A stretch of DNA of 64,000 bases from Eutreptiella sp. 'Long Island Sound 2002' (GCA_964036045.1 OZ038378.1:7316001-7380000), one strand, 5' to 3'. Shown: positions 22,531 through 37,300, counted from the stretch's first letter. Numbers and translations are program-made. Notes: generated by a model not told the origin, from the letters alone.

Positions 22531-25500
22531 CTGCGGCACATTTATTTGTGGATTGGTTGAAGGTTTTGCCGTCTCCCACTAGTTTTAGGCGCCTTCGATG
22601 ACAAAGTGATCATCCACTTCCAAAACCGCATGCATCCTACAATTTCTTGGCTGGGATAGATTGGTGCAAAATAAATCTCTCTTTTGGAAAAGGGTGGTAA
22701 GGTAGAGCAGTAAAATAAGCCAAAGTTCAAACGTGTTTGCAGTGGGCGTTAGGTAGGGATGGGGGTTAGGTAGGGCTGGGGGCTAGGTGGCGGAAGACTC
22801 GGGTGCGAACTACACGGTGAAAACAAACTCCTTGTGCCCACCGAAAGCGATGTAAGCGGTGACGGATGATCAAACCGGGCGACGCATTTTTCTCGGTACC
22901 TCAAAGGGTCCGGTCCCCCCTTTAAACTACTTCAAACCCCAATTCGATTTTGAGCCTTCACCCATATTGGCAAAAACTCATAGACATGGCCTAATAGGGA
23001 CAAGCTTTCTTTCTTTTTTTTGTGGTCTCAAGCACATCCCAACGACTCAAATGCACAACCCATTGAATATTGCTCTTGTCCAAGCTCCGGAGGCGCTTCT
23101 CCGAGACCGATAGGTAGGATGATGATGTGCACATTGCCAGTTGCCGTGAGTCAACACTTCGCACTTCCACGATCGTGGCGCCACATCTGAAAGGTTCTCA
23201 GAAAGATTGAAACACGTGCCGGCGAATTTTGTTGGTGCACCACACGGTTCTTGCAAAAAAAAAAGCCAAGGTAAGCATAATTCCAAAATGTGGTATTGTT
23301 GGTCAATGAAACGGATGGAAAGTAGCGAGCAACCGTGGTGCTGTAGTCCTTTGGACACACACATCGGTGCATTCTGTAGTATATTATCCAATTGCTGAAG
23401 GGAAACTCGCTACCGTTTGTGCTTAGCGCGAGGGAGGTACGGGCGGAATCTCCCCTCCCTCCTTTGCCCAACGCTCCCGGCGATCGGGCGGATGGCCCTT
23501 CGTCTCAACGTCCAGTGGTTGATGTCTCCTCTCGTAGGATACATCCACCCCGACATGGGAGGAGGAATTCGAGTTCTTCGTGGCCAACCCTGCAACCGAA
23601 GTTTTGGAGATCACGGTATGTAGATGACATAGCTACTTTGGACGGAACACAAAGTCGTCTTTCTTGTTTTCGAGATTGCGCATTTGGATTTGCGACAAAC
23701 CATGTGCTCTCTGACATCGCATCTAGTGACATGGCGTATTTCCTTCAGACCCCCGCCATGAAAGGGTCGAAAAATAGGCAAGCAGTGGGTTTGTCGTTAG
23801 AGTGCCCGTGCCTGGGTGTTTCTTCGGCTTTTTGTTTGCTCTGTCGCCTTGTGTACCTTGCATTCTGTTTGCTGTGGGAAATAGCACCCGTCGAAGCTCG
23901 AGGAGTACAACATTAGGTGTTTTCCTACAACGGCCGGTCTTGGACCCTCATTGTGTTCCACGCAGGTTCCGAAACAATTACTACGACGACCACGGACCTT
24001 CATGCCCAACAAAGATAGCGAACAATGTGCCGGGGGGCGGTTGGTGCACTCTTGGAATGAAAGATGCATGCATGGCGTTGATGTTTGGTTAGGGCCACGG
24101 CAAGCTTGGGCATTTAATGTACATCGCTCCCCGACATCTCAAGTCAACGAGCCACAAAACACGCTACTTAGACCAAGAAACACGAGAACCTCTGTTGCGT
24201 GTCCCAAATGAAACAAGTCGAATGACGTGGGGATTCTACATAGCGAGTGTAAATGAGTCGAACACTTCCTTCACGATTTGGATGGTTCGTTCATTCGCAC
24301 CCCCTTACATTCGAATTCTTGTGGGCAAACAAGCGAGGGGTTGGCAGGGATTTGTAGTTGCTCAAAGGTGGAGTTCAGCAAAATAGGTATCAATAGGGCC
24401 AATACGTGATTTGTTGTAGGTTGAGGACAAGGACCATGTCCGAAAGGAAGTAATCGGGACGGCTCATCTTCCGTTGCAAAGTTTGCAAAAAGGCCGCAAT
24501 CGTCGTACACTTCCCCTTGCGAAACACAGCTTGCAGCAAGGTGGTCCTTGCTTGTCGTCATGGTATTCATTGGGCGCACCCGTGTGTTATTTCCAACCTT
24601 GGTGGCGAAAAATACTTTTCGGTTTCTTCAGCGCCCCGAGCCCGTTGGGGATGAGCACGCTTTGTGACATTTGGGGCCAAAACTGTACATCAACGAGGGA
24701 CCGCAGAACCAAACATTTTCACCCCCAACAACCCGTGTATCATTACAACCCTCTCCAACTCCCACAACCTTCATTCCTAAAAAAATCAATGGCACATCAT
24801 CACTATCATCGTCGTACCCACACAACTCGACGAGGAAAACCGTTTTCCGGTCTTACCACCCTCATGATGTGTGCAACGTGCTCTACCCTTCTGCAATCCT
24901 TGGCAAACTGAGCGACCATTTGCCTATCGCCCCGTCCCTTCTCGACCAAGAACCTGCACCCCAACCCTAGAAGAGTGAAGGGTTGCCAACCCATCCGCTC
25001 CCTCGGACCCTCTCCCCATGGATGATTCATGAAGTTGATTGGCGTCAAATGCGCCAAGGATCTCAGCCATGGGATGGGGTTGTTTGTGTCGGAGGACCGA
25101 CCTGTCGTCTTTTGTGTTTTCTTCAATACCAAATTGCCTGCACACCTCCTCCCCCACTCAAAAGGCCCCTCCTTCACAAAGGAAGGCGGAATAATGGTCA
25201 CTTGAGCTATTTGCACTCTGTAATCCCTGGAAGGGAGGCTGCATCACCCGCCCCCTCCCATTTAACGTGCTTTTCCGTGGCGCGCTAGAGGGCTGATGTG
25301 GAGGACGCGGTGTTGTAGAGGGACACGGCGGGTGATCAATTTCGGCCTCGCCAGCCACACAAGGGCGCCGTCTTGTGCAAAAAACGGGGGGGGGGGGTGA
25401 TCCATTATAAAGTTCAACAAGCAAAGCTGATGGGGACACTCGATGCAGGGGCCTCTATCTCCATGGCGCTAACCAATAAAGTGTTGTGAAGAGAGAAGAG

Positions 25501-25689
25501 GGTCACACAACTGGTTGACCACCAAGAAGGCTTGACCAGGCGTCGGCCACCTTCAAAAACCCATGTCTCAATGCTCGACTCCAAAGTGACCTAAAGTGTT
25601 TCAAACGGGAGTTGGTGGGCCACCACACGTGTAGCCCAAATAATGACCACCCTGCATTGCTCACGGGTAGCCAACTCATGGATTCCACA

Positions 25690-27100
25690 AAAATGACTAA
25701 AGGATGCCTAGGATGTCCATGCAGGAGTCCTTTTGCATTGAAACCAACCTAGACCACCTTTGATTGTCATCTACTGTGTTTTGCACCCATTTAGTGCCCC
25801 CAACGATCTCTTTTGGGGCCCAAAATACCGCAAAATCAACCTTGAAAAGCAACCCTTTTGCATACCTTTTCAAGTTCCACCTTGTCATGCAATGCGTTGG
25901 GCACCCTTGTGGTGATAAATTAATGATGAAGGGGATCACTTGCAAGCCGTTTTCTCGCTGTCAACAACCTTCAATGCCCCATTTTTCATGGATGAGTAGC
26001 GTGCAGAGCGCACATGCTAGGGTAGGGTTGCGGGGGTCACATGGGGGTCCAAAAGTGGTGAAAAATGATTTTGTCCAAAATTGTTCCTAGACCACTCAGG
26101 GTGCTCAAACAAGTGATTTAAGGCTATTTTGAGCCACTTTTGACCAATATTGGCCCATGCAAAATCCCAGAAACCCTTGAAATGTGCCATTGAGGAACTC
26201 ACATTGCCGTACAAGGAGGCCCGGGGGGGATGCGGGAATTCGGGCAGTTCACTAGGGTGCCCAACGCATTCCATGGCTATCAAACACGGCACAGGAAGGT
26301 GGAACTTGAAAAAGTATGCAAAAAAGTTGCCTTTCAAGGCTGGTTTTGCGGCATTTTGGGCCCCAAAAGAGGTTGTTGAGGCCACTACCAGACGGTGCCC
26401 AAACGTGTTTGTTGGTTGCTTCCAAGGCAAATGTGATAAATGAGGATGAAGGGGATTATTTGCAGCGGAATTGCATGCTATCAACACCGTTCAATGCCCT
26501 ATTGGCACCACTAGCATGCACGGTGCACGAGCTAAGGTAGGGTAACGGGGTCCAAAAGTGGTCAAAAATGACTTTTTTCCAAAATTGTTCCCAGACCACT
26601 CGGGGTGCTCAAACAAGTGGTTGAAGGCTATTTTGGGCCTTAGTTGCCCCATATTAGCCCATGCTAGTTCCCCAAAACCTTTGAAATGGGCAATTTTGGG
26701 ACCAGCGATGTGTAACGCGGGGTCTAGGGGGGTTGTGATGTGTTTGAATGCCGTGGACTGCGTTGGGCACCCTTGTGGTGATGAATATTGATGACACAAA
26801 TTACTTGCAAGCTATTTCTGTGCACTCAACACCCTTCAATATGCAATCGGAGTGGTGCAGCGTGCACAGTGCACGTGCTAGGGTGTTACAGGTCACCTAT
26901 GGGTCCAAAAGTGGTCAAAAATGATGTTTCCAAAGGTGTTCCTAGACCTATTGGGGTGCGCAAACAAGTGGCTTCGGGCCGTTTTGAGCCATCTTGGACC
27001 ACTGCACTGATTTTTTTTCTTGAGGGGATCCATTTTGGACCCATGTGACTGCATACAAGCTCCAAAAAAGCATTGAAATGGACAATTTTGTGACTAGCAG
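25690..27100. repeat. dispersed repeat family A, several tandem degenerate units
   Basis: Recurrent core GGTCCAAAAGTGGTCAAAAATGA...TTCCAAAATTGTTCC.AGACCACT.GGGGTGCTCAAACAAGTG near 26045, 26550 and 26903. Boundaries approximate. Confidence 0.85.
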
Positions 27101-28039
27101 TGCAGCAAATGGGGGTCCAAGGGGAATGCGCGCGCGGGGGGGGGGGGTGATAGGGGAGGGGTGCGGGAGGAGTGCTAGGGGGCATGTCTCGAGCGAGCAA
27201 AGCGAGCGAGGAAGGGTTTTGGTGGTATAATAGTCGAAGTGGCAGGAATTGTTTTTGGTGTCATGCATCCTTATGCAGCCCATAGCTGACATTCCCTCCC
27301 CCACCAACTCGGTCTCAATATTCAGTCTTGATGAGGGTCGGGTTAGTGTGTAGGGTTGGGGGGGGGGGGGCTAAACTCGCCACAAGTGATTTTTTGCTAT
27401 CGCATGCTGTCCTACGGCACGGTACTTCGTGCCTCACAGACAGTTCAACCATCCACGCCCAAACCTCACACCTCAAAAGCACTTTCCTCTACAGTGTGCG
27501 GACATTGTCTAAAATCACACACACTGTCCAGCATGTGACCTTTGGACATGCCATTGTATTTGCAGCTCACAACTTGCAAATAGTGTCTGCAAAACGGCCG
27601 CATCTACTTGTAGCACAAAACATTAGGCAAAGTAGTGTCCAGTGTGCGGGGAACCTTGGCCCTCACATATGGTATAGCGCTCTGTGCCTCAAAATGTGAA
27701 CAAACATCTTGTACACAAGCGTCTAAAATTAGCTGAGCATGTCAACTTGTTGAGTAGACAGTGTCCCCAAATCAGAAACTGTGTCTCGCACGATGCCATG
27801 AAACCAAAAACTCAGCTTGAACGCACAATGTGGTGAGTGAGTCAATCAGAAAATTACGGGGGTTCGTGTGTTCTTGTGTTCGCAATGTCTGTACGGGTGT
27901 TGGGCATTGCATGACAGGGATTCCAACCCTCTCTCTTGGCAAAAGGGAACATGAAGCATTTAGCTATCACAAGGGGACGGGACGATTGGATTGCCAACAG
28001 GGGCCTTGCATGTGACATAATTTCTTGCCCCCAAAAGGG

Positions 28040-28362
28040 CATTTTTTTGGCCATTTTTGACAGATTTTAAAACCTAGGTATGCCACTTGTGACCCCCGTT
28101 CCCGGCCGCCACCCTTGAGTTCTTGGCTCATACTTTGTGCGATTGTCCCTCACACCCATAGGTATCATTCACCAAAATTTTGGCCGAATCCGAAGCACCA
28201 CGTCGTAGTTGTGATTTTTGCCCATTTTGCGCGTGCTTGCTGCTGCTGCTGCTGCTGCTGCTTGCTTGCTTGCTAAACCTGGCAGGTCCACCCTAGACAC
28301 TAAAAAGGGTTATAGAACCAAGACTGGTTCCACCAGCTTGGTGATCCTAACCCTAACCCGAG
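28040..28362 (+). repeat. dispersed repeat family B with GCTT/GCT microsatellite and telomere-like end
   Basis: Reverse complement of about 31265-31600; ends in CCTAACCCTAACCC. Confidence 0.85.
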
Positions 28363-30138
28363 GTTTGGCATAGAGAAGAAAGATGCACGTATGCCTTCCT
28401 GTGGAGTGCATTACCTCTGGTTTGTATTGGTCTGTTTTTTTAATTCGGTCACCCCCCCCCCCCCACCTACACACTCAGAAATATACTGTATGTCGCAGTG
28501 TCCTCTTTTTGGCCGTAGTACAGTACAATGCCTGTGTAACCCGAACCCTAACCCGCTCATTGGATTGCAACACATACACATGTACGCCGTGCCTTCTTTC
28601 TGGACCACTTGCACTGCTCAGGGACAATCACAATGACGATATTGACCGAGGGCTCTGCATGGGTAAGTGTGCTTGGCTGCTTGTGCTGATTGCCGATCCG
28701 AAATCTGTTGCGTAGGAGAGCATCCGAACTCCACCAGGGACATGCCTGCACAGTCCGTGACCGTGTGCGAGCCGAGCAGAGGCTGACGAACGATTTCCTG
28801 TCGAGTTTTACTGGAGATTAGAGTAAAGCTGACCGATCGGTCGTTTGATATCCTTTGTCAGGGGTGAGGCAGCAGCAGCGAGAACACGCACTCATGTCCA
28901 CGCGCAAGAGCGGGGGGAGGGTGTTGCAAGTTCAGAGGGTGGGTTCCCGAAACTGCATAAAGTGCCAAAGGAATCGCTAGTGTCTGACCGCTTCAGAGAC
29001 ACTGGTGCACGACTTATTTACTCTCTACTGCTTCTTTCAAAACTGGGAAAAGCTTTGAAACTGGTCTTGGAACATGTGCTGTCGCTCGAAATGCAGACAA
29101 CCCCCCCCCCCCCCCTCCCCAAACAAACAGCACCAGAAAGTGGGATCACCGTCCATTTTTGGCGATTTTCGAAGCAGCACGTCCATACCGCGTGTGCATT
29201 GACCGCTCGCATAAAAAGTCGCAAGTGCATGCGATTTGGTCGAGAACACGCCACAAATGCATTGTTTTCCGAATTTCCGGCTGGAAAATTGCAGACAAAT
29301 CATCGTCTTTTCAATAGCATATGACTTGCCTATCACACTTCAGCACTTGCAACGAAATAATTTTTTTCCTTGGGAAAAGCAGTGCGTCATACAATGGAGA
29401 TGCTGAAAAGGTCCCAGAACCAAATTGGGAGGGGGGCATGGGGTTTGAGTGTTTCTATACTGCGGGAACGGGTATATCAGCAGGCCAGCATCTACTCCAG
29501 TGGAGAACACTGAAGTCCACAGGGTACGGGATCACGGGATTGACACCGGCCTACGTGCTGGCATTTTTACCATAAATTTTTCTTTGTTTGCTGCCGACAA
29601 GATGTGCAGAGTGCACCCTGTGCAGTGCCGAGAGAGTACGATGCACTGTGCAGAGATCACACTGTGCAATGAGAGGGCGTCCCACGCGGTTCCTGGAGCT
29701 GCAATGTCCAGAGTTCACATGCTGATTTCCGAGCGCACGGTGTGCAATGTGCATTATGTGGGGCACCCTCTGCACGGTGTCCTGATATTCCCGCATGGAC
29801 TGGCGCAGCCCCTGGTGCCCAAGTTTCAATGCACACTCTGCGCATGGTATACTGTGCCTTGGGCAAATTGCACGGTGCACTGTGCACAGCGCACGCTGTG
29901 CGCTGATGGCACCCTGCAGATTTAAGTTGCACAGATGCATCTCATGGGGTATGGACATGGTGCTGATTGTATGTTACATGCTTTTTCTTCCCACTCTGCT
30001 GCGTGGCCCACTCTTTGAAGAAGGGGACGCGGTGATCTGGGGCTCGAAGTGGACTGGAGTGAAAGGGCGCAGCTCGCGATGCCTTTATTTTACTCCTGAC
30101 ACCTGGCGTGGTTCCCAAGTAACCCCTTGTGTACGTGT

Positions 30139-30141
<3 letters not shown>

Positions 30142-30177
<36 letters not shown>
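30142..30177. repeat. (GT)n microsatellite
   Basis: Run of GT dinucleotides. Confidence 0.95.
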
Positions 30178-30180
<3 letters not shown>

Positions 30181-30221
30181 AGGGCGCCGGTGTCAGGGAC
30201 TTGCCGCCCTGCCTTCTCCAG

Positions 30222-31360
30222 GAGACGGAGCAGCAGGGCTATTCAAGTTTCAGCGATGTGCAGCAAGGGTCTGAGCGGTTGTCCCCGGTGACAGACTTGC
30301 GGAATCTGCAGCGGGAGATCGAGTCGCTTCGTGCAGAAAGTCAGTCTTTGGCCAATGATAACACCATGCTCCGTAAGTATGTGGTCCAGGGTCGCAGGAT
30401 TCTGCCCTGTCTGTGATGGAACCTGCACATGCATATGCATGTTGCAGTGCTGTCGTTGTTGCTGGTGATATAACCACAAAGCAATTTGATCTGTCGTAGC
30501 CCTCGTGTGACCAGTTTTGCACATGCACATGCGTTTGCGTCTGCACACACACGCGTACCTGTCCGTGCGCAGGTACAAGCACAGGCGCGGTAAAAAGGTT
30601 GACCACTCACACGAGGATTCTTTGGCAAAGCCTGTTTCCACAGATCTTCATGACATTGCATGTTCCAAACATATTTGAGCTACTGCAAAATTCCTCTTTG
30701 CTCCGCGCTATGAGCAGAGGGGGGAGAGGTGCAAGGAAAAGGAAAAACAGGCCAAGGACAAATGGTCCAAAATCCACAAGAACCAGAAAAATATATTTTC
30801 TGGAGCTTGTGGCCAAGCCACTAGGCTAAGTGTGGACAACAGGAACATTTTTTGGTAAAAAAAAGGCTCCTTGCCAATACGTTCACCAATACGCCGCGAT
30901 TTCTTCGCTTATAAGGGTGGTTGGGTGGGGGGCGGGTTGCACATATGCCTTATGCAAGCTTTGCGCACTTCAGATTGCATACCACGTCACTGTGCACATC
31001 AGTGCACCTTCAGCACACATGCAGTGCACGTCGAGCGAAGCAAGCTGAAGCAAGGGGAGGTTGGGCAGCCCACACACAAGGCGGTGCACACACAAGGTGG
31101 TGCACACACAAGGCGGTCTGGGGCCACCGCAGGATTCTTGATATTTAAGGGGCTGCGGGGGCTGGCCCCCGCGTCGAGCGAAGCAAGCCGAAGCAGGGTA
31201 GGTTGGGCAGTCCACACACAAGGCAGTGCATACACAAGGTGGTGCACAAGGCGTCTGCCGAGTGAAGGGTGAGGGTTAGGGTTACAGTCACCGAGTTGGT
31301 GGAATCAGTCTTGGTTTTGTAACCCTCTTTAGTGTCTAGGGTGGACCTAACAGGTGTAGC

Positions 31361-31395
<35 letters not shown>

Positions 31396-34300
31396 CGCGC
31401 CAAATGAGCAAAAATCACAGCTCCGTCGTGGTGCTTTGGATTCGGCCAAAATTTTGGTGGATGCTACCTATGGGTGTGAGGGACAACCACACAAAGTATG
31501 AGTCAGAAACTCAACGGTGGCGGCCGGGAACGGGCGTCGCAAGTGCCGGACCTCCATTTCAAAATCTGCAATTTAGGGCCAAAATTAGCCTTTTTTTGCC
31601 CAAAACCGCCCTAGAACCCGCTGAAAACGGCCAAATGAAGGGAAATAGTGGCTACTCTACACATGCAGCTAGACTTCCCCGTGCCGAAGCTCCCTCTCGG
31701 GCCCTCTAACTCCACAATATGTCCGCGAACCGCCCCGAAAAGGCCCCCATAAGCCCCAGAATTGTGCACATTGGCCGCCGACAGCCCCAAACCAAAAATA
31801 GACCATATCTTGGGCTACGTGGCTCAAAACACGATTTTGAGCGCACCTAATCCACCCACAACCACCCACTGTTGGTGGTTCCCACCTTTGGTGGTTTCCA
31901 CCTTTGGTGGTTTCCACCCCTCAAAATTGCCCTAACCGACACCTAGACCCCCGTACCTAGGCCCACTGGGCTGCGGCAAGCTGCGAGAGGTAGCCCAAAG
32001 AGGTGGGTGCCAAAATGGGTCAACAAGGTCCACCGAGTGCCAAAAGATGATTTTTTTCAAAAATGATCCTGGACCACATGGAATGCCAAAACAAGTGTTT
32101 TTGGTGTGTTTTGAGCTCGTGGTGGCCTGTTTTCGCCCTCCTAAAATCCCAAAATGCCTTGAAAATGGGTTGTTTTGCGACAAAAAATGGGTAAAAATGG
32201 GTCAAAAATGTGGTTTTCCAAAAATGATCCTAGACTATTTGGGGTGCACAAACAAGTGAAATGAGCCCTTTTTGAGCCCATTGCAAGCCATTTTGGCCAC
32301 TCCACAGTCACAAAATGCCTTGAAAATGCGTTGTTTTGGGACCAAAAATTAGTCAAGCATGGAACAAAAATGTGTTTTCCCAAAGATACTTTTGGACTAT
32401 TTGGGGTGCACAAACAAGTGCAATGAGCCCATTTTGAGTCCATGTTGAGCAATTCTGGCCCCTCTCAAGGTTGAATGGGCTTTGAAAATGGGCCAATTTG
32501 GGACCATAAATGGCTCAAAAACGGGTCAAAACCATGGTTTTCCAAAAATGATCCTAGTCCAGTTGTGGTGCCCGGATGAATACAGCTCATTTTGAGCCCC
32601 TTTTGAGCCGCTCTCATCCACTTTCCAGTGTGTACCTCATTTGTTGTTAAAGTCTCCTAGACTATGTTCCTTCCCCCACCAGCTCGGTCCCAATGTTCAA
32701 CCCTGGTTAGGGTCAGGCTGAGGGTTAGGGATGCCCCTTGAGCAAGCTCGGCAAGCAATAAAGCATTTTGTGCATATAGGTAGGTTTGGCTTCCTCAAGG
32801 GCCACATGGAGGTGGGGGGTGTATCGGAGCCAGCCGGCACTTCGGCCGGCCGAAGTGCCGGGCTGTGCTGTCAGCCTGATTTCGGCCGAAGAGGATGGGC
32901 GGCGGTCTCGGCTGGCCGGATCGGCCAGTCGAAACACCGCCCGGCGCTTCAACCGGCCGATTCGGCCAGTTGACAGCACCGTTGGTAACATCACTTTCGG
33001 CCGAGCCTCATTCCATTCCGATGAGCTCAAAATGAGTGTCCAAAGAGCTCCGAATATCAACTGACAGCAAAGGTTTATGCAGCACTGGAAACGATGCATC
33101 TTGTGGCGGAGGCATAGGGCTTTTCTAGAATTCACATGCACTGTGCCGTGCATTGGGACGATGATATCTGTACTGAGTCGTGCCATAAGACTTGCCGTGA
33201 TGTACTAAACACGTGAACTGATTGTGCACCATAACGGCCCAAAAAGGACAGTCATAAAGGCCGCAGCAGACAGAGGTGCGCATGGCAGTGCGCAAGTCAG
33301 GGATATGGGCCAGAGCCTTGTCAGCACGGCTGGGCAAGGAATCAAACTGCTCAGAATGTCGTCCATGGGTGGATAATTGGGTCCATCCCCCTGATGGACC
33401 AGACTGACTGAGTGGATGCAATTGCATGCCACTCCAAAACCCTCTCCACTTCTCTAGAGTGGAACCATTTGGGATGATCAAATCGATATACTGTGCCTCG
33501 GACGTTGTTGTGCTGTGCCGTGAGCGGCACGTGATGCCACTTTATCTTTGGACAGGGTAGTTGAGGAAAAGAATGTGAACAATGTGTTGCTGAAGGACCA
33601 CTGCAATATGCAGGTTGCAGAAATGAGGCAGGAGCTGGAGCAGGCCCGACGGAGTGGCGCTGATATGAGGCAGGTGCTCATTACTGGATGTGGCACAGGG
33701 CAACGGTGCAAGACACAAGGCATAGGGCATAAGGCGATAGGGCATGGGGTGTAGTGCACAGCACTGGGCTCCGTGTCCCAGCCTGCGCCTCAGTGGTGCG
33801 CTGCAGTTCAAGGCATTTTGCCCGTGGTGTGGCTCGCGAGATGTACTCCCTGTGTCATAGGCAAGGTGGTCCCCAGCAGTTTGCATTTGGGCTGATGATC
33901 TGTGGACCCTGGAGCCAGAGCACGGAGGTAGGGGTGTGGGGCTGCTTCTATTTCTCTCGGGGACGGACAGGAATATGCCAACACGGAGCGTTTTCAGGGA
34001 TGGCCGTGATTGTTGCCTCGTTTGTGCCCGCTGAGTGTCCCGTAGGTAGGGGTATGTGGGGTATATTCGGAAAGCCCTTGAAAAGGGCTATTTGGAACAC
34101 CCTGGGTCTGCATGTTGTACTGACAGTATGTTTGAGATTTTTGTCGTTTTTGGACAGTGCCTGTGTTGCTTGCTGGCTGTTTTTGTCAACAGACAGCTAC
34201 CATGTCCGGATACAAATTCACGCCACGTGCTGTTGCATCCCCTGATGCACCGCAACAACCTTTGGTTCGCAAAAGAGCACGCTCTGGGGGGTGCTACCCT

Positions 34301-37300
34301 GAAAACCTTGAGGCCCATCCTGGCTTTGTCTGGGTGAAATCAGGGTACAGTGAGGCCATCGCATGGCGCAAGGTCCGGCTGACGAAACAGCGAAATGTGG
34401 ACCTCACAACTGATGGCCTGTGGGCCATGCCCTTGAACACAGGATGGGTGCCAGTCAAGGCACGCAGGCTACAGGATTGGGAAAAACTGAAGAAATATGT
34501 TCCCAGTCACAAGCAGGGGGATGTGTGCCCCAATGGAGTCCCCGCCCTTGTGGAGGGGGGCAACAATGACAGCGACTCGGATTCCGAATAATGAGTGATC
34601 CCTGGAGCAGTGTCCCGTCCTGTGTGTCGTCTGTTGTTCAGCTCTGTGCTCAAAACTGTGACCACCTACCCCCCCCCAACCCATACATTTCTGAAACGGC
34701 CTTTTCTCACAGATTTCAAAAAGCATACACATGCCCCCCCCTACGGAACGAAATTTTGGTGCATTGGACCAAAGGTTGAAAAAAACCCAAAAATTTGCGA
34801 ATTCGCTCCGTGTTGGCATTAAACGGATGTCCCCGAGAGATTTACCTACACATATATGACATGAATGGTTGTGACTGAGTGGGTGGCCCTGGCCGAATAA
34901 TTTCCGGGCAATCTGCCTCCTCAATTGAAGGAGCCGAGAAGCTTCCAGCGCTTGGCTAGGAGAACTCTTTTCCTGCAGTGAATGTGGCGCGCAGTTTGGG
35001 AAACTTGCCTGATTGTGGTATATTGCTGTCTGTGCATTGTTGACCTGAATTTTATGATAATTGGTACAAGGGACGGCTCCTCTTGGTTCCAAAATATTCT
35101 ATTGCCAACCCAGTGCCCAAGCCCAAACTTCACCAAATGCAGTCGCTACAGACTTGACCGAGGGAGAACCCCCCTCCTCGTTAACCACAAAAGAAGGGAG
35201 ACTCCCATCCACACTTTTACATGTTGAGCTGGGGCCGTAGTCCTCACATTGATTGTGCAATGGTGTCAAAAGGTCAATTTGCACTGTGAAATAGTTGTCG
35301 GGGTTGTTTCCTCAATAGTCTGCAACAAACCAAGTTTCTGCAATCCTGCGGCGCACCTCCGACGTGCAGAAAGCATTCTCTAGGTGCTGCTCGATACAAT
35401 CCTCAGCATGGGTCTTTATCACATATTTCATCCCAAGGGGGCGGGGTTGCACACAGCATGTGCATAGCGCACGCGCAGCACCCATTAGTGTGGTGATCCT
35501 ACCAGGCTATCCTCGAAACCACCCAACACCAAGACCACGTTTGCACAGGTTGCGGATTGCAGCTCAGCATCACACAGCAATGCAGTTTTCATATCTACAT
35601 TGTCTGTGCCCTTGGGCTGGTGATGATGGTTGATGATCGTTGTGGGTTTTGGTGTGGTTCTTTCTTGGGCTCCGCCTGTGCCCAATGTACCGTGCTTTGT
35701 GTCACCTAGGCCCCTTGATGAGGCAAAGCAGGTCACAGGACACAGAACACAGGGCATGTAGCATTGAACAGGGCACAACGGAAGACAGTGCATATACCAC
35801 AGTATTGCATTACACAGGGAACACTTCCCCTACGGCGCCTGCGGCGCCTGTGGCGCACCCCTCGGTGCATAGTTTGGGTAATTATCCCAGAATACAAGCA
35901 GAATAGTGCCGCATACATGCACACATGTTCTACATACTGTTTACACCCCACACATCACTTTTTCTCCTGTCTCTTGGTACATTTTCTTTTGGGGGCCTCT
36001 TTCTTTCACAAATGGTGCCCTTGATTCCGTGCCCAATGTAGTATGGGCCCACAAGATGGTAGTGGTCAAGTGGTGATGGGCTCCCACGTTTCGATGTGGC
36101 CCCTCTAATTGGGGTGATGGAGTCCCACGCTTTGGAGAGTAGGGTTGCATTTCCCTCCCCCTCTTGCGGGCCAGTTACCAGTTTCCCCTTCTAGCACTCT
36201 TCAACACACATGAGTGACTACTTCTCGGACGAGCCCGCTTGGCGCCAAAAGCAAATCCGGGAAAGAACCGTGGCACGCAACATCTCTTTCACCCCCTAGT
36301 CCAGACCAAGTACAGGAAGCTATAGCGTGGGTCAATGGCAATGCGGGATGGTACTGTGGGATGGAAGAAAGTTGTGCACCACTTCATGGCATGGCACAGG
36401 GCTCACATATCATCATGCAAGTTGTTTAATTCAAGGAACTTTTTTCTTCGGTTTTAAATTTCTTGGACAGTATACACTCAAGCTAATTATCCTTTCCCTG
36501 CGGCGCCTGCGGCGCGCAGAAAGCATTCCCACAATACTGAATGCCAAACTCCTGCATGACGCAGTATTGAATACTACCATGTTGTACACCCCAACCATGA
36601 AGGCCATGCAAGCGCTCTGCGCCCACCACACGCAATTCAACTGCAATCCCTGCTGTGTTCTATGGAATCACGCACGCCCTGCACATCATTTTCCCAGGTC
36701 ATGGAATTAAAGGAGGCCCTGAGAGCCAAAGATGCTGAATTGCAGCTGGTTTCGGAGGAGCTGGCCAAAGTGCGGAGGCACTCTGAATCGATGGCCGAAC
36801 AATTTTTGCTGCAGCAGAAGGAGTTGCATATTTTAGAGCGCATTCAGGAAGAGATGGAGGCCTCAGGGGCTGGGGGGACCGGAGGCCTCGAGAAGGATCG
36901 TGAGGAGAGATTGTGCAGGACATTTGAGCGTATGCTGTATCATGATTTTGAAGTGGGTGAATCACTCGATGAGTTTGAGAATTGGAGTATGCAAGAGTTG
37001 TTGGACAGGATGCGGGTTGAGGTGTGTGCCTGCAGGGCAGGTGGGGCGTCAGTCACCATGTTATGTGTGGGTGAAGGGTCTTTTGTGTGTAGGGTGCCAC
37101 ACAGACATTTGAAGTCCCCTTACTGAATAATGTCTTGGGGCTGTTAGGATGTTGACTGCGTCAGGCTTCTGATGGAGAGAGTTAGTTTGGCCCTCCGTTG
37201 CATGTATGGTCTGGTCTTGATCAGGGCTACCAGACCAGGGCCAGAACGTATGCACTACACGTGCACACAGTGGTGTGGTGCAACCCCAAAAGCCATCTCA

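Noticed and set aside
31874-31918. CRISPR-like palindromic repeats
   Set aside because: Contiguous 16-bp units without spacers.
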